Assembly (NCBI GenBank): GCA_030390025.1
Contig: CM059432.1
Coordinates: 35,094,001 to 35,158,000, forward strand
DNA: 64,000 nt
Source: Squalus acanthias
Taxonomy: Eukaryota
Reading direction: 5' to 3'
Positions 13,723-27,245 of this stretch are shown here, piece by piece; position 1 is the stretch's first letter; each line of letters opens with the position of its first letter. A program made the translations under genes and the position numbers. The notes under the pieces are model-generated. The model saw only the letters and a list, made by a program, of their open reading frames with translations, was not told the DNA's origin and did no database searches.

Positions 13723-14744
13723 ATTCTCTGAATTATTAGCTCAGGCCTCTAGCAACATAACCACTACCCCATCGCACTGACCCTACTTGGTTTGGAAAGC
13801 ATTCTCACCAAGCAGCTGAGGCTTCAAAAAAATAGGATTTCCCAACAAACTAAGCAAATGTTGAGACATGTTTCTTGGAAGCAGTGTTCCCACCTCAACC
13901 GACTCAGGAATCTGGTTTTTCGGCGGTGATGTCCTTTTCCTGTTGCCGCAGGTAACCCTGGGATATAATGGAGTTGGGCCCTCTGCTCCACAGTTCCTGA
14001 CTGAAAACCTTGTCATAATTATCCCTGTGGTGAAGCTCATCGAAGGGAGAAATTCACTCCGGACAATTCTGTCAGTGTGTCAGGAATTAACCTCATCCCT
14101 TTTCCGTTAACAAATCCCAGAACAACTTCACCACAAGGATAATTTAGCTCTAATCCAGCATTTTTTCCCCCCCCAGTTTTCTTCCCCACTTTCTTGAGGT
14201 CACTGATTCCCCCTCCCCTCCCCCCATCGACCCGGGTTACAATTCCACAAACGCCAGTTGCTCTCCGACATCTCGTTCACACGACTGCCAACTGCCTATT
14301 CAACTACAGAGGCCATCGCACCTTAGCCCGATCATCTTCTCACCTGACATCCACACACCCAAACACAGTTTCCAGCAAGAGTCAAGGGTCCACAGCCCAA
14401 CTGCCACACGGGCTGAGATCAGATACCTTTTACAGACAGTTTGCAGGACTCAAGACACATTAATCAGCTTGTTTCCACACTGATCCAATGAGGAACCTTA
14501 CTCCTGATCTTTTAAGATACACTTTTATAGCACGAGTGTTATGACTGGACTTATTAGTGAGCATGAGGTATAACGTAGAGAGTGTTACAACTGAGACATA
14601 ATGAGAGTGGGATATAACGGAGATTTTGCTAAGTTTGATATTAAGAGCGGGGTGTAACAGAGTGTTATAACCGAGAGCCTTACAAAAGAGCAGATCCACT
14701 TTCACGATCGTGTAAATCTCGAGGCATTTACCGGTTATATAAAA

Positions 14745-15062
14745 TCCATTACTCGTGCACCATTTACACAATTCTGCCAATCACATTAAATGTGCATTTA
14801 TTTACAGTTGTGTAAATCTCATTTCCCACGTGCATTTACACAGTTGTGTAAATCTCCTTACCTGTGCATTTATTTACACAATTCTGTCAATCACATTACT
14901 TGTGCATTTATTTGCACGTGCATTTGCACGGTTGCGTAAATCATGTTACTCACGTGCATTTACACAACCGTGTAAATGTTGTTACTCGTGTATTTGCACA
15001 ACTGTGTAAATCTTGTTACTCACGCTCATTTACAAGAATGTGTAAATCACATTACTCAAACA
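14745..15062. repeat. Degenerate ~35-40-bp tandem repeat with palindromic core
   Basis: About 8 units built on gtgcATTTACACAgtTGTGTAAATc..ttact. Confidence 0.75.
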
Positions 15063-15744
15063 CGTGGCGTCAAACGACTTTTTACGTTTTCATTTTTCCA
15101 GCTCTCTCCCTCCTCTCTGGTAGATGCAGCCTCTTTCTGACGCTCTGATCCACGGATGCTGGCTTCCCAGCAGCACCTCACGCAAGTGGCCAGTCATCAT
15201 TTGACCACGGGTCTCCATCACAGCTGAGCTGGCTCCTGTTCTTACCCGACATCCATACAAGGAGAGAAGAAGGGGTGGAATTTAAACTTTGGCGGGGGCA
15301 CAAAATGGGCGGTAGTGAATTGGCCGATTGTTATAAACCGTGCCCAATTGGAGTCAACGGAAAGATAAATCGGGCATGGTATATAATGGGCGCCCAATCC
15401 GCTACCACCATTTTGTGCCACTTGCTGAAGTTGAATTTCACCGCTATTCCTAGCCGAGGTTATGGATAGCAATCAGGAGCAGGAACCCAGGCTGATCTTT
15501 TCCTCCCTCTCCTTAACCCAGGGGCACTGAGGCCAATTGTAGCAACCCCCAACTGCTGCACTGGCTGTGATCAGTTACCTCATGCACACGTCATGGATTC
15601 ATTTGGGGACTTCCTCATTCATACAGCTCAGTACCACACAGGGCAGTGCACTCATCCGTGGTGTCATCCAGAGAATTGGACTGTGGCTGTTCGGCCCTCA
15701 ATTTATTTAAAAAAAGAACCACTTAGCAATAATGAAGAGTATTA

Positions 15745-16136
15745 AAAGAAAGAAGTTGCATTTATATAGCGCATTTCACGACCTGCGGAAGTCCCAAGTG
15801 CTTTACAACCAATTAATTACTGTTTTTGAAGTGTAGTTACTGTTGTAATGTAGGAAACGTGACAGCCAATTTGCGCACAACATGGTTCCACCAACAGCAA
15901 TGAGATTAATGACCAGACACTCTGTTCATTGGGGATGAATATTCAGCAGGACACAGGCAATTTCCCTGATCTTCTTCAAATAGTGCTGTGGCATCTTTCA
16001 CGTTCCCCTCAGAGGGCAGACGGGGCCTCAGTTTAATATCTCATCCAAAAGACGTTACCATTCACAGTTTAGCACTCCCTCAGTACTGCACTGGTGTGCT
16101 AGCCCGGATTATGTGCTCAAATCTCTGGAGTGGAGC

Positions 16137-16177
<41 letters not shown>

Positions 16178-16187
16178 GACTGAGCCT
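15745..16187 (-). mobile_element. Deu-domain SINE, near full length
   Basis: Reverse complement of tRNA head, Deu core and tail. Another copy at 16852-17190. Confidence 0.85.
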
Positions 16188-19011
16188 TTGCAGGGTTATC
16201 GTTAGAATTTTCTGGAACATTTGAAGAGTGGGGTTTAAAAACAAATGCGAGTGAAGTCATGCACTAACCCACACTGAAAATAATTTGCCCGTTGCTAAGG
16301 GTTTAGAAAAGTAATGAGTCTAGAATATCCTGGTGAAATTTTCAGAGGGACGTGTTAACAGAATATTTATAGCCTCCCTCTTTACACCAGATCATCCAGT
16401 CTCTGCTGGAGTAATGGAACTGTATTTTGGTTAACTATCAGATGACTGTATAGAACAGGATTCCACTGTATTGGCTGTGTTGTGTACTATAATGTACACA
16501 CTTTGTACAGTTGATTTAGTGCCGGACTAGGCCTCTTCATCAATTGACAGAAAAAGGGTGTGAGCCAGAGCAAGGAGTTCAGATAAATAAATACAGGGCC
16601 TGTTTGAAGGCTCTGGCAAAAATTTTATTGGATACTGGATGTTTGTTGAGTGAAGCTGCTTTACGGGGAAATGCCAAAAGAAGTAACCGAGGTAAGGTTT
16701 AAACCTGCAACTTGAATGGCACTGATTCTAAATTTTGAGAAGATTGGTAGCACTCTACCACAGGCTCTTTGACAGCCGAACAGCCAACCCACCAGGATTG
16801 TTCTGGAGTCCCCAGGAATTAAAAATGAATCTCCCGGACAGTGCTGCGAGAAAGAGAAAGAACTTGCATTTATATAGCGTCTTTCACGACCACAGGACGT
16901 CCCAAAGCACTTTACAGCCAATGAAGTACTTTTGAAGTGTAGTCGCTGTTGTAATATAGGGAAATGCGGTAGCCAATTTGCACACAGCAAGATCCCACAA
17001 AAAGTGAGATAAATGACCAGTTTCAGTGATGTTGGTTGGGGGTTAAACACTGGCCAGGACACCAGGAGAACTCCCCTGCTCTTCTTCGAAAAGTGTCATG
17101 GGATCTTTTACATCCACCTGAGAGGGTAGATGGGGCCTCGGTTTAACGTCTAATCCGAAAGACGGCACCTCCGACTGTGCTCCCTTAGTACTAATCATAG
17201 TCTTTTTTTTTCATTGCCTTAGAACACTTTTTGTTTATTAGTTGTAAAAGTATCAGAGACGGGGGGAGAAAAGCTGGTGACGGACATCAAGAATCATCCA
17301 ATCGGATACTAAAGAGTCTGTTTGCTTTCCAACTGGGGGAGGAAGGCGATGTGCCGCTGGGCTAGACACGATGGTGACCAATGGCAGGAGTGTGTGGGCG
17401 GGGCGGTTGGAGGTTATATGATGAAACCTCCAGGGATAGGTCCAACCAGAGTTGGCAACCCTAGTACCACGTCTTGTTCAGAAGGTTGTGGGTCAAAGCC
17501 ACACTCCATGACTCCAAGCCCGGAAACTGCCGCCACCTTATGCCTTGGCAGCACTTTGGTGACGTGTCTGGTGGGCATTCCTGGGCTAGCCTGAGAATTC
17601 TGCCAGAAGCCCTCCCCCGATAGGCCCAACGGGACTCATGTGGGCTGAGAGCAAGCATGAGCTCCTATGGCAGCGCCTGAAGTTCAAAAGGCAAAAATGA
17701 AATCGATTCCAGAAGGATCGATTGTCATTTCAACAGGGCCTAAAGTCAAGACGGAGAATATAATTTAAAATGGCAACTTAATATCCTCAGCCTGAGCAGC
17801 TTTTGGATCCCCTCCTGCAGTGGCTCTGACGCTCCATGGTTCAGCTGCCTTCATAAGCACCCGCTCCCCCTTAATTAAATGACCCCATCCCCAGAATTTT
17901 AGGCCAGGGTTAGGCAGAGAGCAGTACTGAGATACTGCTGCATTATTGGAGAAGACAATAAACTGAGACCCCCCCCCCCCAACCCCCACCCCCACCCTAC
18001 CTCAGGTGCAGATGGATGTTAGAGCCTGTGGCACTATCCAATGAAAAGAAGGATGTTTTCCCGATGACCATTCAGTATTGAAGCAAAAGCAGGTCAGCCA
18101 TCTTGCGGCTGTCTGTGGGCAAAATGGTCGCTGTGTTTCCTTTTCCAACAACAATCCCTGAATTTCAAAATATTTTTATTATTAATTCTTGGGATGTGGG
18201 CATCACTGGCAAGGTCGACTGCAGTGCTGAGAGAAGTGCTGAGGTGCTGTATATCTTTTATCTCTAACCATGCTTTAGTCTGTTGATACAGAGAATTTTT
18301 TCAAAATGGCGTCCGCTTTAGTTCACCAAATTCACCCATTTGTGGCAGTTTACTGTATCCACTCCCCCCTCCACCACCCCCCCCCCCCCCCCCCGTTTTC
18401 TCCTCTACTCTCCAGACGATGCTAACCCTTGCTAGTTTATGGTTCTGCAGCACCTCTGGTATCTCACCCAAGTAACCAATCTTCATATGTTAACCTAGAT
18501 GGTGAGTGTCAGGAGGATATTCAATCGCAGGGGAAATCATAGCCAAGCCTAATCTTCTCTACAAACGCACACACATTCATCACACACACACACGTACATC
18601 ACACATGTGCACACACCCGCACTTACACACGCACAACACACGTGCACACACTCAACACACAAACATATGCACTCATACGCACACAAAGCAATATAATTAA
18701 TGAGCAGATAATCTGTTTTAGTGATGTTGGTTGAGGGCTCATTGTTGGCCAGGGCACCGGGGAGAACTCCCCTGCTCCTCTTCAAAATAATGTCATGGGA
18801 TCTTTTACGTCCACCTGAGAGAGAAAACAGATCCCCCGTTTAGCGTCTCATCCGAGAGGTGGCACAGCATCAATAAAACAGATTATCTGGTCTTTTATCT
18901 CATTGCTGTTTGTGGGATCTTGCTGTGTGACTGTACTTCAAAAAGTACTCCATTGGCTGTAAAGTACTCTGGGAAGTCCTGAGATTGTGAAAGGTTACTT
19001 TTAAAATGCAT

Positions 19012-19820
19012 GGGGGGAAAAATTGGGTGTCACCCATTTTGGGGCGCAAATATCGGCCGGGCGCTAAGTTTAACGCCCGGCGCTACTTATCGCCTCCGAC
19101 TGCAAAATTCGCCTCTAGCACCGGGAGGTGATTTGAGCGCTAAATCAGGCGCTACACACCTCTCTTAATGCGCAAACGTCAGGGAGCGAGGCGCTACCTC
19201 AGAACGCTACCGAAGCTCAGGCGATGTCAGTTACCATGGAAGCCAGACAGACTGGCGCCATCCAGTTATTAAAGGGGAGGGGCCATCTTGCTGGCCAGTC
19301 ACACCCTGCTCATTGCAGCCTTGAATCTCGGCCTGGAGAGACCTCTAAAGCAATTGTGTTGGAAGCACTAATGGATAGGCCCAGGGAAAGAGCTCGGCGC
19401 TTAGGAACCTCAAAAGTGATGGTGAGGACCAAAACTCCTCAAGACAGCGTTAAATCTCTCCAGACGTCTCTCTCCCTCTTAACCTGCGTGTACCAAAGAT
19501 TTTGCCGACAAGAAAGGCAGGAAGTGCCCGCCTTTAAATAGCGCTCCCCCAGCCCCTTCCCGACTTGAAAACGTTCCCCTCTACCTGTCGTTCCTAACGG
19601 CAGGCGTTAAGGCGCTACCGGGGCGTTGCACGCTCGACTGACGTCACGATCTGCGGGCACAGGAGATCATGGCAGTAGTGTTTAGCGCCGCCGCAAAATG
19701 ACAGGTCAATTTCGCGAGCAGCGCTAAAATCGCCGCACTCGGGCACTAAGTTCCTAGCTCCCTGTTAGCGCCCCCCGGAGGCGCTAATGAGAGGCGCTTA
19801 CCAACCGAATTTTTCCCCCC
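19012..19820. mobile_element. Non-autonomous TIR element (MITE-like), CpG-rich
   Basis: Terminal inverted repeats GGGGGGAAAAATTGGGT / ACCGAATTTTTCCCCCC; many internal GCGCTA/TAGCGC subrepeats; no transposase ORF. Confidence 0.75.
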
Positions 19821-20939
19821 TGATCTCTCTTTATATCATTTTTTTTAAATGCCGATGAACCCCTCTCCAATACAATGTGGGGGTAATTCTAACCCAAGCC
19901 ATTGAAGTCAGCAGAAAGTCAAATCAGGCAGAGTGTAAAATGGTCAGCCGGTCCAATCCCGTCAGTTTCCCACTGGAGGGAGGGTTGAGTTAAAATTACC
20001 CTCAATGTTTCCACGGACTTAATTAGCACTATGTGAAAAAATAAATCACTCGCACTCAGACCAACATAATAGATCCTCCGCTGTGTGTGTTGAGGCCCCA
20101 CAGTTTCACACAGGTAACTCTTCACAGCACAGAAATACTTCTTGGGAGCCTTCCAAGAGGTACAACTTAGTCTCTATAAATATTTCTATTGCAGCCGCTG
20201 GTAAACAGAGCCTGTGGAGCAAGTGTAGCAGATACACACAAGGGACCTACTGTGCCCAGTATGAGGCCTACTCGCCCATCAGCCCCCTCCCCCGACCTAC
20301 ACCAGCTCCCATCCCCAACGCTTTACATTTCAAATGTTAGTCTTTGTTTTTGAATCTCTCCGCGGCCTCGTTCCATCCTATCTCTGCAATCTCCTCGTGA
20401 GCTAAACCCCGACCCCACCCCCTCTGAACACCCCCTTCCCCTGTTAATGGCCTTTTATTATGTGTCTCCCTCACCCTTCCTTTGCCCAACAATTGACAGC
20501 CATGCCTTCAGCCACTTGGCTTCCCTTCTGCAAAATACCCTCTGCCTCCCCTTTATACACCTCTTGAAAACATTGCTCTTTCGGATGAGATGTTAAACCG
20601 AGGCCCCTCCCCTTCGCTCCGTGGCATCACCGGCTACCGCCGCAGAGAAACCTCCGGTATCGATGATATCACCCACAACCCCACACCCCCGCCCCCTCGC
20701 CATAGAGAGCTGGCACCCGCTTAGGGGTGGCCGTAAACTGGACCAGCTGGTGGAGAAGCAGCCGGCAGTCTGGGGAAGGGGAAGAGAGAGATGTTGGAGA
20801 GGTGCGGGGTTGGGTAGGAAGAGGGTGAACAGGGACTAGGATGTAGGGGATTGGAGCTCGAAGTGGGTGGAAGAGTAGGTGACCGAGAACTGGGGGTATT
20901 GGGGCTCGGGATGGTGGGAGAGAATGACAGCAGACTGGG

Positions 20940-21782
20940 GCCTGGGGGAGACGGAGATAGGAGTGGGGGTTAGGGGCTTGGCGATGGGGATTGCGATAGA
21001 GAGGGGGATTGGGGAATGGGGGAGACGGGGACAGGAGTCGGGGTGTGGGGGTTAGGGGCTTGGGTGATGGGGATTGGGGGAGAGAGGGGGATTGTGGAAT
21101 GGGGGGAGACGGAGACAGGAGTCGGGGTGTGGGGGTTAGGGGCTCGGTGATGGGGATTGGGGGAGAGAGGGGGATTGGGGAATGGGGGGAGACGGGGACA
21201 GGAGTCGGGGTGTGGGGGTTAGGGGCTCGGGCGATGGGGATTGCGGGAGAGAGGGGGATTGGGGAATGGGGGGAGACGGGGACAGGAGTCGGGGTGTGGG
21301 GGTTAGGGGCTCGGGCGATAGGGATTGGGGAGAGAGGGGGATTGGGGAATGGGGAAACGAAGACAGGAGTCGGGGTGTGGGGGTTAGCGGCTCGGGCAAT
21401 GGAGATTGAGGGAGAGAGGGGGATTGGGGAATGAGGGAGACGGAGACAGGAGTCGGGGTGTGGGGGTTAGGGGCTCGGGCGATGGGGATTGGGGGAGAGA
21501 GGGGGATTGGGGAATGGGGGAGACGAAGACAGGAGTCGGGGTGTGGGGGTTAGGGGCTCGGTCGATGGGGATTGGGGGAGAGAGAGGGATTGGGGAATGG
21601 GGAGACGGAGACAGGAGTCGGGGTGTGGGGGTTAGGTGCTCGGGCGATGGGGATTGGGATAGAGAGAGGGATTGGGGAATGGGGAGATGGGGTCAGGAGT
21701 CGGGGAGTGGGGGTTAGGGGCTCGGGTGATGGGGATTGGGGGAGAGAGAGGGATTGGGGAATGGGGAGAGAGGGAGACTAGG
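20940..21782 (+). repeat. G-rich minisatellite, ~83-bp unit, ~10 copies
   Basis: Unit gggggattggggaatgggggagacggggacaggagtcggggtgtgggggttaggggctcgggcgatggggattgggggagaga. Confidence 0.95.
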
Positions 21783-24282
21783 GAATGCTTTTGTTACCTA
21801 AAGACTTGACTATTCCAATGCTCTTCTGGCCGGCCTCCCGTCTCCCGCCCTCCATAAACTTGAATTCATCAAAACTCTGCTGACCGTATCCTAACACACA
21901 CCAAGTCCCGTTTACCCATCACCCCTGCACTCGCTGACCTACATTGGCTCCCGGTCCGGCAATGCCTCAATTTTAAAATTCTTATCCTCGTGTTCAAATC
22001 CCTCCATGGCCCCGCTCTCCCCTATCTCTGTAAACTCCTCCAGCCCTACAACCCTCCGTGAACTCTGCGTTCGTCCTATTCTGGCATCTTGTCCTTCACC
22101 CCACCATTGGCGGCCATGCCTTCAGCTGTCTAGAGGGAAGGGAGAAGGAAGGTATTTATACTCAGGGCTATTAGACCATGGGATGCTTCACCATAAGTGG
22201 TTAGTGAGGCATAAACTAGAACATTGTTTAAAAGGGAATGGGATAAGTATTTGAAAAGGAGGAATATCAATGGTTATGGGGGAATGGGCTTACAGGAGAG
22301 AGTGCCAGCACCGACACAGGCACTGGGGGCCGGATGGCCTCCCCCTGGGCTGTAATTTCTATGTAAAAGCTCCTTTATTGAGTCTGAGTCCAGGGAGTGG
22401 TTTAGAAATCTTGATGCTGAGCTGAGTTTAGGACGATGCGCCCTGTGAGAAGTGCCCCAAACACTGAGCCCACTGCCCTGTGTGTGATCTCTCGGTTTGG
22501 TTCAGGTCGGGCTGTGCCGACTGAATTTGAAGTGTAAAGTCCAAGTACAGATCAGCTCTGAATGAGGCTCCCCGTTCAGAGTTGTCACTTTCACACAGAG
22601 TCTGAGTCCAAACCAGATCCACGGAGATAGGGAGAGCGATGGAGCCTGTTGAAAGTAGCATTGACTCGGAAGCCTGACTGCACCTTGTGCAATGCTGGAG
22701 GAAGGATTCTGACTAGTTTTAGGGTGAATGTCAATGAGTTATAGGATTACTACTAGTTACAGGTAGGATATCGGGGCGTTATAACTGCATATAGACTATC
22801 GGTAAGTTATTGTATTTCTTTTGGTTATGAAAGGAATCTGAATGTTACAAGTATTGCTATTAGTTATCAGTACAATTTCAGTGAGTTACTATTAATTAAT
22901 GGTGGAATCAAAGTTCCTCCCACCTCTGGTTCCCCCTCTGCAAATCGTTCCACCACTTACGGTAGGTATCCCCTCTTCCCCAGCTTCGGTTTCCCCTCTC
23001 CCCCGGCCTCAGTTTCCCTTCGCCACCCGCTCTGGGGTGGCCTCCTGTTTCTCGAAGCTTCTCGCACAACAGCTGCTGGTGTGGAACCACGAGCAAAGAT
23101 GCTCAACTAAAGGGAGCCCAGCCTTTACAAGGTAAATGTAATAACAATTGCAGACATCACATGATCAGCTATCACGTGATCAGATATCACATGATCAATC
23201 CTCCAAGAATACCTCCAACCAGAGTTAGCAATCCTAGTGTCCTCGACGTCAGCCGCCATGAAGCGGGGTGGGGGAGGGGATGCTGGGCTCCTGTGTCACC
23301 TGCCTGCAGACTAATGGTTGGATGTGAAAAGCTTCCCTTTTTGCCTCTTCAGTCCTAGCAATGGCTACTAATGGGTTGAGATGCCCTTTGAGGCTGTCTA
23401 AGGGCTTTCAGAGTTTTTGCCACCCTGTTGTGACATTTCCCTTTAATTGTTCTCATCCCTTTACATTTCACTCATACGGAATTTTCCAGTCCCATGCACT
23501 CATGGTTGGGAGATGAAAATTGCTTGTGCATGAATATTACCCCCACTCAAATCTGAATTTATGCAAATGAGCTGACTCAGTGCTACTAACATATTTACGA
23601 GCTGACTGGATTAGCACCAGTTCGGAACCATATAAGACTGACTTGCACCACTGCACAAAAATTGAGTCCAATAAGCCACACCAACAACAACATGCAAATA
23701 TACACAGTGCAGAACCTGCTGACTGTTTGTTAATAAGATGATGGTATTGTTCCCATTTATACCTCGTAACAAGTTAACCCTTTGCTATCAATCTGGTGTT
23801 GTGACGGTTTGGTTCAGTTCCCCTTATAGAGTTAATTCAAGAACCAATGGTTGGATGAACTACTTATTAAGCTACTCGATGATTCATTCATTTGAGTTGT
23901 GAGTGTATTTTATTTATCTCATTCATTTCCTAAGAATACTGACACTTATGTTAACCCTCTCCATATTACAAATTGAACTTGTTTGCGCTAAGTTCATTCA
24001 ACAACAACTTACATTTATATAGCGCCTCTAACATAGGAAAACGTCCCAAGGCACTTCACAGGAGTGTTATCAGACAAAAAGTGATGCTGAGCCAAACATG
24101 AAGATATTAAGATGAGTGACTAAAAGCTTGGCCAAAATGGTAGGTTTTAAGGAGGGTCTCAGAGTAGGAGAGAGAGGTGGAGAGACGGAGAGGTTTAGGA
24201 AGGGAATTCCAGTGCTTAGGGCCTAGCTGCTTGAACGCACAGCCGCCAAGGGAAGGGAGGACTTGCCCAATGCATTGATAAC

Positions 24283-24712
24283 GGGCAACACGGTGGCATA
24301 GTGGTTAGCACTGGTGCCTCACAGCGCCAGAGACCCAGGTTCGAATCTGACCTCGGGTGACTGTCTGTGTGGAGTTTGCACATTCTCCCCGTGTCTGCGT
24401 GGGTTTCCTCCGGGTGCTCCGGTTTCCTCCCACAGTCCAAAAATGTGTGGGTTAGGTTGATTTGGCTATGATAAATTGACCCTTAGTGTTAGGGGGGATT
24501 AAATATGTGGGGTTATGGGGATAGGATGGGATATGTTAGGGGGAATTAAATACACGGGGGTAGGGTGGGATATGTGTACTGTGGGGATTAAAGCAGGGAC
24601 AGGGTACTGGATTTGGATGATCAGCCATGATCGTATTGAATGGCGGAGCAGGCTCGACGGGCCGAATGGCCTACTCCTGCTCCTAGATTCTATGTTTTCT
24701 ATGTTTTCTATA
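24283..24712 (+). mobile_element. V-SINE (HE1-type elasmobranch SINE)
   Basis: tRNA-like head (TGGCATAGTGG..GGTTCGAATC), V-domain ctgtgtggagtttgcacattctccccgtgtctgcgtgggtttcctccgggtgctccggtttcctcccaca, and a CR1-derived 3' tail. Confidence 0.88.
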
Positions 24713-26049
24713 ACCGGCAACGCTAGGGGACCTCCGAGCTGGTAAAAAAAGCAGTGGGTGTTCACAGTGGTTGCCTGGGTCCCTGCTTTCACAAGCACAG
24801 AGCCGAGAGAACTTCAGAAAGGACATCCCATCGGATCAAACAGCCCCCTGCTCCCGACAAACCACTTGAACTGTCAGTGGAGAGTTAAAAGGCATGTGAA
24901 TTCCACAGAACATCTGGAGTTACAGAATTAAAAACCCACGGCACCAGGCTTCAAAGGAAGACTAACTTTGGGTTCTAAAAATATAGCAGGGTTGTATCGA
25001 GCAGAAATTACAATGGGCCGTCTTTCTAAGTAATTAAACCAGCAAAGAGAAATCTGAACCAGAGACCAAAGCAGCCGACACACCGCAGTCATCGCCAGGG
25101 AAACGCCATGGCACTTAAACATCTTGTAAATTCTTTTCATTTCTCTGTCAGTCGTTGGAGATTTGTTTCATATTTTCCTTGTCGCAGTTCGTTACCCCTG
25201 TCCTGAAGGTGCTGTCTCTTGGGCTGAGAGTCTATTCCCACGGGTCCCCCAAGGTTCCCACCTCCCCCACCCCTCCCAATGCTGAAGGTGCTGTCTCTTG
25301 GGCTGGGTGATCCATTCCCACAGGTCACTCCAGCCGCCTTGCAGTCTCCTACCATTCTCAATGTGACCATTCTTCATATTATCTCTCCTACTTTCTTTGC
25401 TGGGTGTTTTCTTCTGTGGGTTCCGCCAGCCCTTCAGGGTCTCATGCAAGTGCTGATCTGCATGAGACCCATCTGCATCAGGCCTTCATCTGCACAATGA
25501 GTGACCCTGGGCTATTCTGCAATTGGGACATCGCAGATAATCTTGTTCTCACACACCAGGGGCAACTGGTCAGCAGTAAGGAGCAGGAGAACACTAACTG
25601 ATTAATTTTTTCCACCGAGGGGTGCTGAGTCTAATTGTACCACTCTTACCGTTGACCCGACTGAGATCCGCTAACTCAGCACAAACCAGGAATTCCAACC
25701 TGCGACCTTTCCACTCCGTGCAGCTCACTTTCACACTGGGTACTGAAATTGCCAATGGACCCATCAAGGGAGGTTCAGGAAGGCTCTAACTCAATGGTTT
25801 CTGATAAAAAATAAATGCCTAGGTGAGTCTTTCTGCCTGTGTGTGGTGTTAGTTGAGGGAGGAATGTTGGGCAGGACCTCACTGATCTTCCAATAGTGCC
25901 ATGGGATCTCTTACATTCACCTGAGAGGGCAGACAGGGCCTCGGTTTAAATTCACATTGGAAAAATGACATCTCCAACAGTGCAGCACTCCCTCAGCACT
26001 GCACTGGAGTGTCAGCCTAGATTATGTGCTCAAGTAGAAAAGATATCAT

Positions 26050-26360
26050 AAAAACATAAGAACATAAGACGTAGGAGCAGGACTAGGTCATTTGGCCCCT
26101 CGAGCCTGCTCCACCATTCAATAAGATCATGGCTGATCTGATCTTGGCCTCAACTCCACTTCCCTGCCCGCTCCCCATAACCCTTGACTCCCTTACCTTT
26201 CAAAAATCTGTCTATCTCCACCTTAAAAATATTCAATGACCCAGTCTCCACAGCTCTCTGGGGAAGAGAATTCCAAAGATTCACGACCCTCTTAGAGAAA
26301 TTCCTCCTCATTTCCGATTTAAAAGGGTGCCCCCTTATTCTGAAATTATGACCCCTCATA
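26050..26360 (-). mobile_element. CR1 3' end
   Basis: RGHNFRIRGHPF..VVNLWNSLP with CR1 tail. Similar short ends at 60-330, 9610-9790, 36640-37070 and 62800-63980. Confidence 0.85.
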
Positions 26361-26854
26361 GAGTTTTGAGGGTCCATGGAACCGAACTCCAGCATGAGCT
26401 GGAGAATAGGGCAGAAGATATTTTATTGTGGTGTGGCAAATTCCTCTTGTAAATTAGTGGTGATGGAGGTGGCCAAGCCAAAGCAGTACTCCCTCTTTTT
26501 TTCTCTTTACAGTTGCTGACCTGCCTGCTGTTTGTTTCTGGAATTTTTTGTTTTTATTTCAGATTTGATCCATTGATTTTTTTTTAATCTTTGTTCTTTA
26601 AATCAGACGCAAGGTCAGATTCCTGACAACCTTTTTCGTTCAGCCTTGATGTTTAATACCCCAGGGTTCTGGAGTCACTGCTGATTTCTAAACAATTTCC
26701 TTATATTCTCCTGCTGTTGAGATTGATTTTTCTGTCACTTATTTATCAAGACTGCGCCATATCCTTTCTTACAACACCAACGATCTCAATAGTTTGCTTG
26801 CCCTGAGGCTGCTGGTCACGGACTGTGTATTTTGTGTCAGCCATGAGTCAGTTG

Positions 26855-27245
26855 GTAGCTCTCATGCCTCTGATTCAGCAGGTCGTGGGTTCAAGCACCA
26901 CACTCCAGTGCTGCACTGTCAGAGGTGCCATCTTTCAAATGAGACGTTAAACCGAGGCCCCGTATGCCCTCTCAGGTGGTTGTAAAAGATCCCATGTCAC
27001 CATTCGAAGAAAAGCAAGTCCTCCCTGGTCTCCTGCCCAATATTTATCCCTCATCCATCATCACTAAAACAGATTATCTGGTTATTTATCTCATTGATGT
27101 TTGTGGCCTCTACCTGTGCGCAAATTGGCTGCTGTGTTTCCTATATTACAACAGTGACTACACTTCAAAAGTACTTAATCGGCTGTGAAGTGCTTTGGAA
27201 TGTCCTGAGGTCATGAAAGGCGCTATATAAATGCAAGTTTGTCTA
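26855..27245 (+). mobile_element. Deu-domain SINE
   Basis: gagacgttaaaccgaggccccgt..aaaagatcccatg..ggcgctatataaatgcaag. Confidence 0.85.

Noticed and set aside
21009..21781. Gly-rich repetitive ORFs
   Set aside because: They are products of the G-rich minisatellite; no splice or start context.
24283..24360. tRNA gene
   Set aside because: It is the tRNA-derived head of a V-SINE and continues directly into the V-domain.
24928..25500. Overlapping ORFs as a peptide-hormone exon
   Set aside because: No recognisable family motif or convincing splice pair; contains a short local duplication.
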